Shown: piece after piece, positions 43,196 through 58,395 of the stretch
How the letters are laid out: each line of letters begins with the position of its first letter
Numbering within the stretch: position 1 is the stretch's first letter
Origin: Eledone cirrhosa
Taxonomy: Eukaryota
Length of the DNA: 64,000 bases
Assembly (NCBI GenBank): GCA_964016885.1
Contig: OZ024763.1
Span: forward strand, 27,404,001 to 27,468,000
Direction of reading: 5' to 3'
Program-made: the position numbers and the translations under genes
Notes under the pieces: model-generated
Told to the model about the DNA's origin: nothing
The model's input: the letters and a program-made list of their open reading frames with translations, nothing else
Database searches by the model: none

Positions 43196-44801
43196 CATAT
43201 ATATATATATATAAATATATATATACATACATATAACTGTATGTTTATTGACGAAGATGTATCTTATATGTTAAACACACAATACACACACGCACACACC
43301 ATCACACGATGGCGTGTGCGTGTGTGTATGTGTGTGTGTCTAACATATAAGATACATCTTCGTCAATAAACATACACGTTTAGCCTTTCTCCGGAAATGA
43401 ATAAACAAAAATCTTACACCACAAATTTTATCTTTCTATCCTTCTGTGGGAAGAGGTACCAAAGATTACACTGGGTAATCTTCTGAGTAACAGGCTGCAG
43501 GATAAGACAAGTACTGCTGCTCTTTTCCTGTATTTTGAACTGCTTTTATATATATAATGAATCAGGTTCCATTGTCTAGTCCCTACATGTAGTTATATTA
43601 ATGTTCTCTCTATGGTTGTTATCGTTTCATTTGGTGATTCGTTGATTGTTTTGTTTCAATTGGTCAGCTTCGCCATTATACATTCGGATTGTCATATGTT
43701 TGAATGCATATATTTACTATGAGCTTAGCTTTGTCTCTCATCCTTACGGAATCGATAAAATAAAGCACCAATTGTGAGTTCGATTCCTGGGCCATGCGTT
43801 GCATTGTTTTCTTAAACAGGATGCTTCTTTCGTTGTTGTCATGACATGACTGCCGACTGCATCATTAAATCGTCCGAGAAGTATCCCGGAGACAAGTTAT
43901 ACTTGCATAGGTCTGAGCTATAAGAATAATATAAGGACTAGGGACAGTGTCTTTAAAATAGGTGAGAAACCAAATATGGGATACAAACCTGTAAGAGACT
44001 AGGTAAGAGACTGCGTGAGAACATAAATATAAACGCGCAAATACAGACACACTTACAAAAATAGACACTCGCATACATACATACATTCACACAAATACGC
44101 ACACATACATTTACACAAACACACACATACAATTATACTCACACACAGCGTAGCAAATGGAACGCCAGTTTTGTTATAGTTATTTTCACCATCCCCTTCC
44201 TTCCTTCCTTCCTTCCTTCCTTCCTTCCTTCCTTTGACACACAAACATACACCTAGATACACACATACATTCTCACAAACATACACCACATAGATACACA
44301 CACATTGTGTGACGGACAGACGGAAGTCGCTAACATTTATATGTAGATTTATATACTTGTCGCGACGCACAGAGCTGCAACAACTACTTCCCTAAATCGC
44401 TTTATTTCATGGTTCAGGGTTCGATACTTCTCATTCTTTTCGTCATCTTTTTCTTCCACCTTATCGTCTCTATGTATGACTGACCGCTATGTCAATCAAT
44501 CAAAAAAAAAAAAGTCATCTTTCCTTATCTGCCATTGTCAGATTAGGTTTTCTATCTCTGAGATTCTCATCGCATTGTATGTTAAAGTCTCGTATAGCTT
44601 CACACTTTGATTTTCCAGTCCTGCTTTAGGCTTCCGCTCATATCATTTGTGGGATTAATATTATAGTTATTATTATTATTATTATTATATATATTTTTTT
44701 GTTGTTGCTGCTGCTGCTGCTGTTGTTGTTGTTGTTGTTGTTGTTGTTATGTCATCTCTTTTCTTACCTTGTCTTCTCTTCGGTGGTCGCTTTCGAAATC
44801 A

Positions 44802-44853
<52 letters not shown>

Positions 44854-44858
44854 GATAA

Positions 44859-44932
<74 letters not shown>

Positions 44933-44957
44933 CAATATATATATATACATACACGTT

Positions 44958-44997
<40 letters not shown>

Positions 44998-45022
44998 AAC
45001 GTGTATGTATATATATATATTG

Positions 45023-45060
<38 letters not shown>

Positions 45061-45099
45061 CTGTGTATGTATATATATATGTATATATATATATGTATA

Positions 45100-45175
<76 letters not shown>

Positions 45176-45210
45176 CTATGTATGTATATATGTATATATA
45201 TATATATATA

Positions 45211-45284
<74 letters not shown>

Positions 45285-45308
45285 ATATATATATATGATG
45301 TATGTATG

Positions 45309-45372
<64 letters not shown>

Positions 45373-45410
45373 TACACCTCTGTGTGTGTCAGTCGTGATA
45401 TTACATAATC

Positions 45411-45478
<68 letters not shown>

Positions 45479-45531
45479 ATACAACGAAAATACCTATTTA
45501 AGATCTGCATACATTGAGAGAGAGAGAGGGG

Positions 45532-45562
<31 letters not shown>

Positions 45563-45672
45563 GGAGAGAGAGAGAGGGTGATGTGATGGGAGTTATTTCG
45601 GATGTAGCAGTAAAAACGAGGCCATCAATAGCTTGTTAGATATATTGACTGGTTCTCTTTGAGGTTTCCACC

Positions 45673-45749
45673 ATGTTTGGTAGGCAGGAGTGCAGCTGTA
45701 TAGTAAAGATGGATGTACCTGTATATGTATGTACCTGTGTGTGTGTGTG

Positions 45750-45794
<45 letters not shown>

Positions 45795-45878
45795 CTGTGT
45801 GTGTGGGTGTGTGTCTGTGTTTGGTAGGCAGGAGTGCAGCCGTACAGTAAAGACACATGTACCTGTATATGTATGTAC

Positions 45879-45970
<92 letters not shown>

Positions 45971-46220
45971 CTGTGGCTGTGTGTGTGTGGCTGTGTGTGT
46001 GTGGGTGTGTCTGTGTTTGGTAGACAGGAGTGCAGCCGTACAGTAAAGACACATGTACCTGTATATGTATGTACCTGTGTGTGTGTGTGTATATATATAT
46101 ATATGTGTGTGTGTCTGTGTGTGTGTGTGTGTGTGGCTGTGTGTGTGTGGCTGTGTCTGTGTTTGGTAGGCAGGAGTGCAGCTGTATAGTAAAGATGGAT
46201 GTACCTGTATATGTATGTAC

Positions 46221-46240
<20 letters not shown>
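45673..46240. repeat. Four tandem units of tgtttggtaggcaggagtgcagc...gtacctgt with microsatellite spacers
   Basis: Direct reading; a diverged fifth unit at 48385-48445. Confidence 0.75.
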
Positions 46241-46272
<32 letters not shown>

Positions 46273-46379
46273 ATGTATGTGTGTATATGTGTGTGTATAT
46301 GTGTGTGTATATATATATGTGTGTGTGTATGTTTATATATGTGTATATATATATATATATTTCTTGCATAACCTAATAA

Positions 46380-46475
<96 letters not shown>

Positions 46476-46781
46476 GCAAAAGTTCTATTTAAATTGTTGG
46501 GATACAACAAGCAAATATTATTATGATCTGAGTTCAAATCTCGCCGAGGTTGACTTTGCCTTTCATCCTTATGGGGTCGATAAAATAAAGTACCAGTAAT
46601 ACACTGGGTAATTGCTGGCCTTGTGCCTACAGTAGAAACAATTATTATAACTGATATAAAGCACTCGACAAATATTTGGAGTAGATATACAATATTAATA
46701 AATGGAAACTATATTTATTAAACCATATTTATTTCATTATATATATTTCAAGGATACCAAGTTAAATCATGGTATGCCTTC

Positions 46782-46785
<4 letters not shown>
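46476..46785 (-). mobile_element. Family H relative interrupted by a SINE (46524-46645)
   Basis: Aligns to 38268-38450; hammerhead truncated at ATGA. Confidence 0.65.
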
Positions 46786-46845
<60 letters not shown>

Positions 46846-46848
<3 letters not shown>

Positions 46849-47577
46849 TTAGGTTTGTTGGTTCACCACTGGATAGAACTGGTCATTCCGTATGGTCAAC
46901 CTCGTTGTAATATTATGGAGAGCACTCGACGTAATGTAACTCACCCGTCTTCATTTGTGTAGTTGGTGGTGCTAGTCCGGAGTTTATTATTATAAAATAA
47001 GGGCGGTGGATTGGCAGTATCGGTAGAGGGTCAGACGCCATGCTTTCCAGCATAGTTACGTCCCTTTACGATCTGAGTTCAAATCCCGCCGAGGTTGACT
47101 TTGCCTTTCATCCTTACGGGGTCGATAAAATAAAGTACCAGTAAAGCACTGGATAATTGCTGGCCTTGTGCCTAAAGTAGAAACAATTATTATAAAATAA
47201 TTTATTATTATAAAATAAACTTGCCATTCTGAGTTCAAATCCCGCCGAGGTTTACTTTGCCTTTCATCCTTACGGGGGTCGATAAAATAAAGTACCAGTA
47301 ATACACTGGGTATTTGCTGGCCTTGTGCCTAACGTAGAAACAATTATTATAAAATAACAGGAGGCTTGAGGGTGGCCGATAGAGGTAGAAGCTGCTAAAT
47401 GGTCGGTCGTCCTCTTGTTTCTGATTTTCAGCCCCATGGATTTTATCTGTTACATTCCTTTGTTATATTTTGAATACCTGATGATGTCACCGGATTCACA
47501 CTGAACCCAGTCATTTTGAAATGATCATAGTATAATAAACCTTTCAAGGATTTACACCAGTCCAGCCTCCTGTTATT

Positions 47578-47583
<6 letters not shown>
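46846..47583. mobile_element. Family G inverted insert interrupted by two SINEs (47001-47190, 47225-47345)
   Basis: Aligns to 19973-20362; attattataaaataa repeated around the SINEs. Confidence 0.7.
47474..47533 (+). ncRNA. Type I hammerhead ribozyme (family G)
   Basis: ATAC-CTGATGA-...-GAA-ATGATCAT-A-GTAT. Confidence 0.7.
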
Positions 47584-47643
<60 letters not shown>

Positions 47644-48126
47644 TAAACGGAATAGAAAATGCTGACAAATTGTTCACAGTTGAAAAATGGTTTAATTAGC
47701 AATAAAAGAGTATTAGTGATTGTATGGGTTAGTATTCAGTTGTGGTTTTAAGTTTTTACCGGTTGCGCATTTCTAAATGCTTTTCAAAAATAATTTTGAG
47801 ATAGAGTGTCCGTGCTGTTTGCTCTGATCTGATTAGTTTTGGGAATTCTACCTGTTTTTATGTTAAAAAAGTGGCTCCAGCGTTATTTTTGTGTTGCAAA
47901 AATGCTTGTGGTCAAAACAATTTTGATTGGTCGGTAGAGGTCATGTGAATGTAAAAAGTTGATTTTGCGCCAAGACTGTTTTTATGTTAAAAAAGTGGCT
48001 CCAGCAAAAATTCTTGGTCAAAACAATTTTGTTTGGTCGGTAGAGGTCATGTGGATAAAAAATTGGTTTTGCGCCAAGATTGAGAAATGACTCTTTCACA
48101 ACAAATATGTGTGTGTGTGTGTGTGT

Positions 48127-48164
<38 letters not shown>

Positions 48165-48172
48165 TAGTAGTA

Positions 48173-48229
<57 letters not shown>

Positions 48230-48239
48230 AGTAGTAGTA

Positions 48240-48310
<71 letters not shown>

Positions 48311-48320
48311 AGTAGTAGTA

Positions 48321-48379
<59 letters not shown>

Positions 48380-48659
48380 ATATGGCTGTGTCTGTGTTTG
48401 GTAGACTGGAGTACAGCCGTACTGTAACAGTGGATGTACCTGTATATGTGTATATATGTGTATGTGTCTGTGTGTTGTGTATGCGTGTATGTGTATATCT
48501 GTGTGTGTGTGTGTATATATGTATATATATGTGTGTGTGTGTATGTATGTGTTAGTGGATTGCAGTATCTGTTTTTGTCTATATGTGCGTGTGTATATGT
48601 GAGTAAATATATTGATAGATAGATGTGTAGATAGATAAAAAGGTATATATATATATGAA

Positions 48660-48694
<35 letters not shown>

Positions 48695-48695
48695 G

Positions 48696-48726
<31 letters not shown>

Positions 48727-49144
48727 GTATATATATATAAATATATATATATGTATATATATGTATATATATACTTATAGATAGATAGATACAGACACAC
48801 ACATATACATATATATATATGTACACAAATATATCTATCTAGATATACATACAAACATACGTATACACACACACACACATATATATACATATGTTTATAT
48901 CTGTGTATATGTGTGTGTGTGTGTATGTGTATATATATATATGTGTATATATATATATATATATGTGTGTATATATATATATGTATATGTGTGTATATAT
49001 ATATATATATGTGTGTATGTGTGTGTGTATATATGTATATATTTCTTACATAACCTATACATATGCAGATAGATATACATAAATACACACATATATATAT
49101 AATCACGAATACACATACATATAAATGCATATATACCCGAAGAA

Positions 49145-49330
49145 GGCGTGTGGCTGAGTGGTTAGAGAATTGGTTTAGCAATCGTGAGGTTGTGAGTTCG
49201 ATTCCCGGACCGGGTGATGTGTTATGTGTCCTTGAGCAAGACACTTTATGTCACGTTGCTCCTTCTACCTGGAGTTGCGACCCATAGAGAGTATTAGCAA
49301 TTGGACAGACCAATGGAAACATTGTTTGAT
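49145..49330 (+). mobile_element. tRNA-derived SINE with CORE-like domain, intact 5' end
   Basis: A box tggctgagtgg, B box gagttcgattcc, gtccttgagcaagacact. Confidence 0.8.
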
Positions 49331-49505
49331 CGACTATCGATATATCCGAAGAAAATTTGTCAATTACTTCGCCAGTACTTCAAAGTCACAGTCACGTTGT
49401 TCTTCGGAAAAGAAATATATACTCTTTTTCCACGTATTGAGTTCGCATCCAGTTAATTTTAGACTATGTGAATACTCTATGTACTACTTTACATAGAGTT
49501 CCTCT

Positions 49506-49543
<38 letters not shown>

Positions 49544-49830
49544 TACACTCACATAGGCCCACACACACTCATACACACACATACAATACAACCACACACA
49601 CAGAGACAGAGACACACATACAGACACACACAGATACATACAGACATGCACTTACACAGACACAACCACATACACACAGATACAGACACATCTACATACA
49701 CACACACATATATATATATATATGTGTGTGTTTGTATCTGCCTATATACACATCTGTATATATATATATACTATACATATATATACTATATATATATATA
49801 CTATATATATATACGTAGACACACACATAA

Positions 49831-49862
<32 letters not shown>

Positions 49863-50022
49863 GTATATATACATGTGTGTGTGTGTGTGTGTGTGTATGT
49901 GTGTGTGTGTTTGTATCTGCCTATATGCACATCTGTATATATATATATATATATACTATATATATACATAGACACACACATAAATATATATATATATATT
50001 TATATATTTATATTTATATATG

Positions 50023-50055
<33 letters not shown>

Positions 50056-50117
50056 ATGTGTCTGTGTGTTTGTATCTGCTTATATGCACATCTGTATATA
50101 CATAACGTGAACACATC

Positions 50118-50161
<44 letters not shown>

Positions 50162-50254
50162 TACACTGACATATGCTTTATTTCTCAACCGATTTCCTCC
50201 ATTAAACATTGCATCTGGAGTCAAGTTTTTTTTTTTTGGAAATCCATATTCTCA

Positions 50255-51505
50255 GTGGTGGTGGTGGTGTTGTTGTTATCGTTGGTGACGGTGGTGGTGA
50301 TGGTGGTGTTGGTGGTGGTGATGGTGGTGTTGGTGGTGGTGGTAGTGGTGGTGGTGACGGTGGTGGTGATGGTGGTGTTGGTGGTGGAGGTGATGGTGGT
50401 GTTGGTGGTGGTGATGTTGGAGGTTGTGTTGGTGGTGGTGTTGGTGATGGTGATGGCAGTGGTGATGGTGGTGTTGGTGGTGGTGGTAGTGGTGGTGGTG
50501 ACGGTGGTGGTGATGGTGGTGTTGGTGGTGGAGGTGATGGTGGTGTTGGTGGTGGTGATGTTGGAGGTTGTGTTGGTGATGGTGGTGGCAGTGGTGGTGG
50601 TTACAGTGGTGGTGGTGGTGGTGGTGGTGGTGTTGTTGTTGGTGACGGTGGTGGTGATGATGGTTGTGGTGTTGGTGGGGGAGGTGATGGTGGTGTTGGT
50701 GGTGGTGATGTTGGAGGTTGTGTTGGTGGTGGTGTTGGTGATGGTGGTTGCAGTGGTGGTGGTTACAGTGGTGGTGGTGGTGGTGGTGGTGGTGTTGTTG
50801 TTGGTGACGGTGGTGGTGATGATGGTTGTGGTGTTGGTGGGGGAGGTGATGGTGGTGTTGGTGGTGGTGATGTTGGAGGTTGTGTTGGTGGTGGTGTTGG
50901 TGATGGTGGTGGCAGTGGTGGTGGTTACAGTGGTGGTGGTGGTGGTGGTGGTGGTGGTGGTGGTGATGTTGTTGGTGACGGTGGTGGTGATGATGGTTGT
51001 GGTGTTGGTGGGGGAGGTGATGGTGGTGTTGGTGGTGGTGGTAGTGGTGGTGGTGATGGTGGTGGTGATGGTGGTGTTGGTAGTGGAGGTGATGGTGGTG
51101 TTGGTGGTGGTGGTAGTGGTGGTGGTGATGGTGAAGGTTGTGTTGGTGGTGGTGTTGGTGATGGAGGTGGCAGTGGTGGTGGTTACAGTGGTGGTGGTGG
51201 TGGTGGTATTGTTGTTGTTGGTGACGGTGGTGGTGATGATGGTTGTGGTGTTGGTGGTGGAGGTGATGGTGGTGTTGGTGGTGGTGGTAGTGGTGGTGGT
51301 GGTGTTGTTGTTGGTGATGGTGGTGTTGGTGGTGGAGGCGATGGTGGTGGTGGTGGTAGTGGTGGTAGTGATGGTGGTGGTTGTGTTGGTGATAGTGTTG
51401 GTGGAAGTGGTAGTTGCAATGGTGGTAGTGGTGGTGTTGGTGGTAGTATAGTGTTGGTGGTGATGGTGGCAGTGGTGTTAGTGTGGTGGTGGTAGTGGTG
51501 GTGGC
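50255..51505. repeat. (GGT)n-based degenerate tandem repeat
   Basis: Direct reading. Confidence 0.85.
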
Positions 51506-52183
51506 GTAGATGTCGGGTTAGGGTTAGGCGGAGGTGCCGCGAAATGAGGTAAGTGTGAGAGGTGAAGCGATCGATCTGGTATCGATTTGAACTTCTTCAC
51601 CAAACAAACACCCACGACTAACCTTACTTCGAAAAAAAGAACCAAACAAACAACCCCCCCACACTAAAAAAACAAACAATTAAAAAACAACAACAAAAAA
51701 AAAACAAAAATAAAATAAAACAAACTCAAAAAGCAACAACAACAACAACAAAAAGAAAACAAAAAAGCAACAACAACTCCCCATCCCCAACAACAGCAAC
51801 AGCAATAACAACACCAATAACAACAACAACCCCCCTCGAAAACAACTAAAACAACCAACAACAACAAAACAAAAAGAAACAAAAAAAACAAAAAAAGCCC
51901 CCCCCCCAACAACAACAACAACAAGGAAAAAACCCTACAACAACAGCAACAGCAATAACAACAATAATAACTACTATAACATCATAAAATAAAATAATTT
52001 TTAACATGTATACAAAAACAAACAATAAACTACGGTACCAATCAAGTCGCTATATTAAGTGTATTGGAAAGTTTAGTCAGGCAAGTCAAATTCAAACGAA
52101 CGTTCATTCGTTTACTCGTTTATTCGGTTATACGCTCAATCAGTTATACGGCTATTCCGTTTGTTTTCTTGTTTGCTTGTTTG

Positions 52184-52285
<102 letters not shown>

Positions 52286-52348
52286 TTGTATATGTATTTT
52301 TATATATATATTTATATATTTGTATGTATTTATGTGTATTTGTATTTG

Positions 52349-52386
<38 letters not shown>

Positions 52387-52880
52387 CATATATTTTTATA
52401 TATATATTTATATATTTGTATGTATTTATATGTACTTGTATGTATTTAGGTGTATATATATATTTATATATTTAAATGTATTTATGTATTTAGGTGTATT
52501 TGTATATATATATATATTTATATATATTTATATATTTATATGTATATATGTATTTGTATGTATTTGTATGTTTTTATATGTATTTATATGTATTTGTATA
52601 TATTTAGGTGTATATATATTTATATATATATATATTTATATATATATATATATTTATGTATTTAGGTGTGTTTGTATGTGTTTATATATTAGTTTATATA
52701 ATTCTCGTATTTCCTGGGTCTCGATGACACTACGAGATTTACAAAATATCTCGCCTTATCTCTTGTTTTAATTATGTGTAGATGTATATGTGTATATATA
52801 TATATATGTGTGTGTGTCTCTGTGTGTGTTTGTGTGTATGCATATATATCTCTATATCTCTCTATATATATACATTCATA

Positions 52881-52915
<35 letters not shown>

Positions 52916-52916
52916 G

Positions 52917-53082
<166 letters not shown>

Positions 53083-53160
53083 TAAATGAAAGGTATAGAA
53101 AACATTGTAGCAAAAAGCCAACAGTATTCCATAATAATATATACACATATATATACATGC

Positions 53161-53226
<66 letters not shown>

Positions 53227-53286
53227 GTAGGCCTATTATCTATATGGATGCACTTTCCCTCTACATATACGCAAAAACGCACGCGT

Positions 53287-53356
<70 letters not shown>

Positions 53357-53361
53357 CCAAC

Positions 53362-53414
<53 letters not shown>

Positions 53415-54135
53415 TGAGAGAGAGAGAGATATTGAGTGTATATATCTATATATCTATCCTAGCATTTCTTTGCATGTGTATGTATGTTTCTGTGTGCTTT
53501 TAAGTGTGTTGGTGTATTGAAGCATATATGTGTATATATATGTGTGTATATGTGTGTATATATATTTGATTACGTAAAATTGATCCTCTTGTATTGTCTA
53601 TGTGTGTCTATATATGTATATATATATATATATATATATGTACCTGTGAGTGTGTGTGTATGTGTGTATATGTATATATATGTATGTGTGAGTGTGTGTG
53701 TGTGTCTATGTATATGTGTGAGTGTGTGTGTATATATATATATATATAAAATTGTGTGTAATTAATCTACTTATATTTTCTGTGTGTATACGTGTGTATA
53801 TATATATATATATATGTATGTGTGCGTGTATATATGTATGTGCATTTAATCTAATTGCATTGCTTATGTGTGTATGAGTGTATGTAAGTATATGTGTGTG
53901 TATGTAAGTATTTGTGTGAGTAGGGGGTAATTGTATGCTTGTTTAAGCAGCTCTAAGTGTGTTAGAGGTATTAAATTTGTTAGTGTGTTTATGTGGAAGT
54001 ATGTATATGTGTGCGTATGTATGTGCCTGTACGTCTGTTTGTAAGTGTGTATGTGTGTGAGTGTATGTTTGTATGCAAATATACATATACCTGCACACAA
54101 ACACACATAAATACTTACATACACACATTTGCACG

Positions 54136-54179
<44 letters not shown>

Positions 54180-54789
54180 CATACGCATACAAACATATCC
54201 ACAAACAAATAGACACACACATGCACATCTTCTTCCACATACAAACACACACATACATGTACGTGTATACATGTATGTGTATATATGTGCGCGTGTATGT
54301 GTACATGTGTATGTGTATGTATGTTTGTGTATACATATGTGTACGTATGTGTATATACAAACACACACATACATGTACGTGTATACATGTATGTGTATAT
54401 ATGTGCGCGTGTATGTGTATATGTGTATGTGTATGTATGTTTGTGTATACATATGTGTACGTATGTGTATATACAAACACACACATACATGTACGTGTAT
54501 ACATGTATGTGTATATATGTGCGCGTGTATGTGTACATGTGTATGTGTATGTATGTTTGTGTATACATATGTGTACGTATGTGTATATACAAACACACAC
54601 ATACATGTACGTGTATACATGTATGTGTATATATGTGCGCGTGTATGTCTATACATATGTGTACGTATGTGTATATGTATGAAAGCGTGTGTACGTATGT
54701 GTATGTGTGTTTGTGTGTGTGGGTGTATCTATATTTGCATACATACATACACTCACACACATACACACTTACAAACACACACACTCACC

Positions 54790-54884
<95 letters not shown>

Positions 54885-55119
54885 GTATGTATATATATAT
54901 ATTTAATCTACTTGGATTGTTTTAACAGTACAGATATTAAATGTTCAGCTGCTGAACGAAACACTGATTACACGATTGGACGTCTGTTACACTGGTGTGT
55001 GTGTATATATGTATGTATATGTATGTATATGTATGTATATATATGTATGTATGTATATGTATGCATATATATATGTATGTATATGTATATATATATTTAT
55101 ATGTAGATGTAGATGCATA

Positions 55120-55236
<117 letters not shown>

Positions 55237-55238
55237 GT

Positions 55239-55270
<32 letters not shown>

Positions 55271-55692
55271 GGATATCAATATTGATATGTAAATATATAT
55301 ATATTTGCGTACAGATATATACATTTGTACACACGGATGTGTATGTATGTATGTATGAATGTATGAATTTATGTATGAATATATATACGTATCTATGTAT
55401 GCCTGTACAATTAATTCATGTACGTCTATATGTATATATGTATGTATATGTGTATATATGTATATATGTATGTATATATGATGGTTAGAAACGAGACAGA
55501 GGAGAAAGAGTTCTCAATACCAGCAGTAAAGCAGAATTAATGTATTTGACTGGAAGCCATCAACCGATGCTCTTCCGTCAGTTTCCGCGAATGTTCGTTT
55601 TGTCAAGAGTTCACCACAACGGATAAAACTCAATAATTATTGATTATCAACACTGTATCTATCTATCTATCTCTCTATCTATCTATCTATAT

Positions 55693-56265
55693 GTAGAACG
55701 ACTATTGTCGCGGGTGGGACCAATCCAGTTGACCACCGAGTCCATTGTCATGATCAAACCGCCACCCTCCTTCAAAAACGAAGGAGAGGCGGTTTTCCTC
55801 TGTGTGATAGCTATGGCGAAAGAGGTTGTATGGTGGACAAGGTTGAAAGGGCTGAGGTCAGACACCTTTCTCTCCGGCCAACAACTGATTCTTTTTTTCA
55901 AATACCACTTTGGAAGAAGAGTCAGGATGGAGAGAGAGGTGCTGTACCCCAGCAAGTTTTATGAAAGGTGGGTGAAAGTGGCGAGAATGGCCCGAGTGAA
56001 TGGGCCTTCTCTCTATATCAGCCTGTAGGTTGAGGAAAAGGAGGAGGAGAGGAAAGGAGTACAAGCTCTTCGTACTCCTGGAGATGAGGGTTGCACATTT
56101 TTTTTCGGGGGTATGTGTTACCCATATAAACCGTCTCCCTCTATTGGGGAAAATCGACTAACTTTTAAATTCCATCTGTGATAACATTTTACACGTTTTT
56201 ATTGTATGTAAACTTCCCCCTTTGTATTTGTCCCCTTCTTTTGTGCCCCTGTGGCTAATAAAGAA
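55693..56265 (+). mobile_element. 5'-truncated Tx1/L1-clade LINE in (ATCT)n
   Basis: ORF2 C-terminus homologous to 57245-57580; ends ctaataaagaa(atct)n. Confidence 0.8.
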
Positions 56266-56322
<57 letters not shown>

Positions 56323-56324
56323 CT

Positions 56325-56572
56325 CTATATAAGCTTGTAGGTTGAGGAAAAAGAGGAAGAGAGGAAGGGAGTACTCACTCTTGGTGCTCCTGGAGATGAG
56401 GGTTGTACATTTTTTTCGGGTTGTGTACAACCCCTGTGTAACGCCTCCCCCTTATTGGGGATTTCAATTGTTATTTGTTACTTTATTAATAGTTTTATTT
56501 TCATATACCTGTATGTAAACTCCCCATTTGTATTTGTCCCCTTCTTTTGTGCCCTTGTGGCTAATAAAGAAA
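56325..56572 (+). mobile_element. 3' UTR-only copy of the same LINE family
   Basis: taggttgaggaaaa...tgtggctaataaagaaa; (ATCT)n on both sides. Confidence 0.75.
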
Positions 56573-56573
56573 T

Positions 56574-56617
<44 letters not shown>

Positions 56618-57580
56618 ATGTGGAAGAAGCAGGCTCCGCTGGTGAGGAGATACGTCTGCTGTCAGCACCCTTCCAACGGAGGCTTGGGAATGCCGTGGCT
56701 GATGATGCGCAAACATGCGCTAAAGCTGCGGCATCTCCAGGTATTCCTCACCGACCCCCAACCGGTGTGGGCACCGTTTGTGAGACAGGCTTTCTCACAG
56801 CTCGTCTCGCTGACGGAACTGTAGTCCTGGGTGAAGAAAAGATCGAAAACGATGGGCGCCTGGCACATTGAATGCGCTCAGGCGCTCACAGTCCTCTGGC
56901 AAGCGGGCGCAGCAATCAGTGGAGACTCCACTTCGACATTCTATAGAGGGATTGTACGTTACAAGGGCGACGACGTGTTCGGAGAGACTCTGGGCGTCGA
57001 AGACGATGAGCTCACCAGTATGTTTGGTAGGACTTTCCGCCCAGGACCTATGGACAACTTCCAGGGGTCCCTGGCCTGGCAGTGCTACCGAGGAGGTCTA
57101 CCGGTTCGTGACAATATCTACAGGCGCGGACACCCCGGCAGGGATCCTTCCAAGAGGACGTGTCCAAGATGCGCGCATGACATTGAAAAAACAGTCCTGC
57201 ACGCAATTGTACACTGCCTGGGCGTAACCGACCTGTGGAGCTACACAGAACAACTGCTGTCGCGTATGGGACAAATCCAGTTGACTGCCGAGTCCATAGT
57301 AAGGATCAAACCGCCAGCCTCTTTCAAAAACGAAAGAGAGGCGGTTTTCCTCTGTACGGTGGCTATGGTGAAAGAGGTTATGTGGTGGACGAGATTAAGA
57401 GGACTGAGGATAGATGCCTTTCTCTCCAGACAACAACTCATTCCCTTCTTTAGGTACCACTTTAGAAGGAGAATCAGAGTGGAGAGAGAGGAACTGCACC
57501 CCAGTAAATTTACTGAAAGGTGGGTGAATGAAGCGAAAATGGCCCGAGTGATTGGGCCTTCTCTGTTTATAAGCCTGTAG
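56618..57580 (+). pseudogene. ORF2 C-terminal remnant (post-RT region and zf-RVT zinc knuckle), one in-frame stop at 56822
   Basis: GGLGMP motif; WQCYRGGLPVRD...CPRC....E.TVLHAIVHC. Confidence 0.8.
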
Positions 57581-57813
57581 GTTGAGGAAGAGAGCAAAAG
57601 GAAGAAAGGAGAACTTCCACAACACGCTCCTGGAGTTGAGGGTTGTTCTATCGAAGGGGTATTAAACAACCCATTTGTGGCGCCTCCCCCCTATTGGGGA
57701 TTTCGATTGTTGTAATTGTTTGTTTTTATATTTTTTACACGACTGCATGTAAAATCCCCGGCATGTCTTTGTATTGTCCCCTTTTCTTGTGCGCCCTTGT
57801 GGCTAATAAAGAA
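56619..57813 (+). mobile_element. 5'-truncated Tx1/L1-clade LINE, longest copy
   Basis: ORF2 remnant plus 3' UTR, (ATCT)n flanks. Confidence 0.85.
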
Positions 57814-58098
57814 ATCTATCTATCTGTCTATCTTTCTATCTGTCTATCTATTTATCTATCTATTTGTCTGTCTGTCTATCTGTCGGTCCGTCTATGTGTC
57901 TGTCTGTCTGTCTGTCACAATGGTCGAACATCTGCATGTAGGAGTTTTAACGAAAGGGCAATTTAACCTAATAGCAAATGTTTTGGTGATCCAAAACAGA
58001 GAAAGCAGACTTTGCTAACATGAACTTTTAACATCAATTTTTGTACATACTATAAAAATCCTTTTTATATATACCGGGTGTGCTTTTTTATCCTTTTC

Positions 58099-58177
<79 letters not shown>

Positions 58178-58221
58178 CAAATTACAAAATATGAGGAAAT
58201 AATAGACAAAAATATACCTAC

Positions 58222-58245
58222 GTCCCAACTGCAGTTTCGCCGATC
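58222..58245 (-). ncRNA. 3' half of a hammerhead from a further family, truncated
   Basis: GGC-GAA-ACTGCAGT-T-GGGAC in a microsatellite-bounded island; CUGANGA absent. Confidence 0.4.
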
Positions 58246-58266
58246 TGTGTGCAACAATTCCTGCGC

Positions 58267-58326
<60 letters not shown>

Positions 58327-58336
58327 GGAATATGTT

Positions 58337-58395
<59 letters not shown>

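Noticed and set aside
49145-49215. tRNA gene
   Set aside because: A/B boxes belong to a SINE head; no cloverleaf, continues into the SINE body
50209-51495. 428 aa Gly-rich ORF, and the similar Gly/Ser ORF at 16366-17487
   Set aside because: Open only because (GGT)n lacks stops; parallel frames are also open; no signal peptide or splice support
51516-51528. Telomeric TTAGGG repeat
   Set aside because: Only two units
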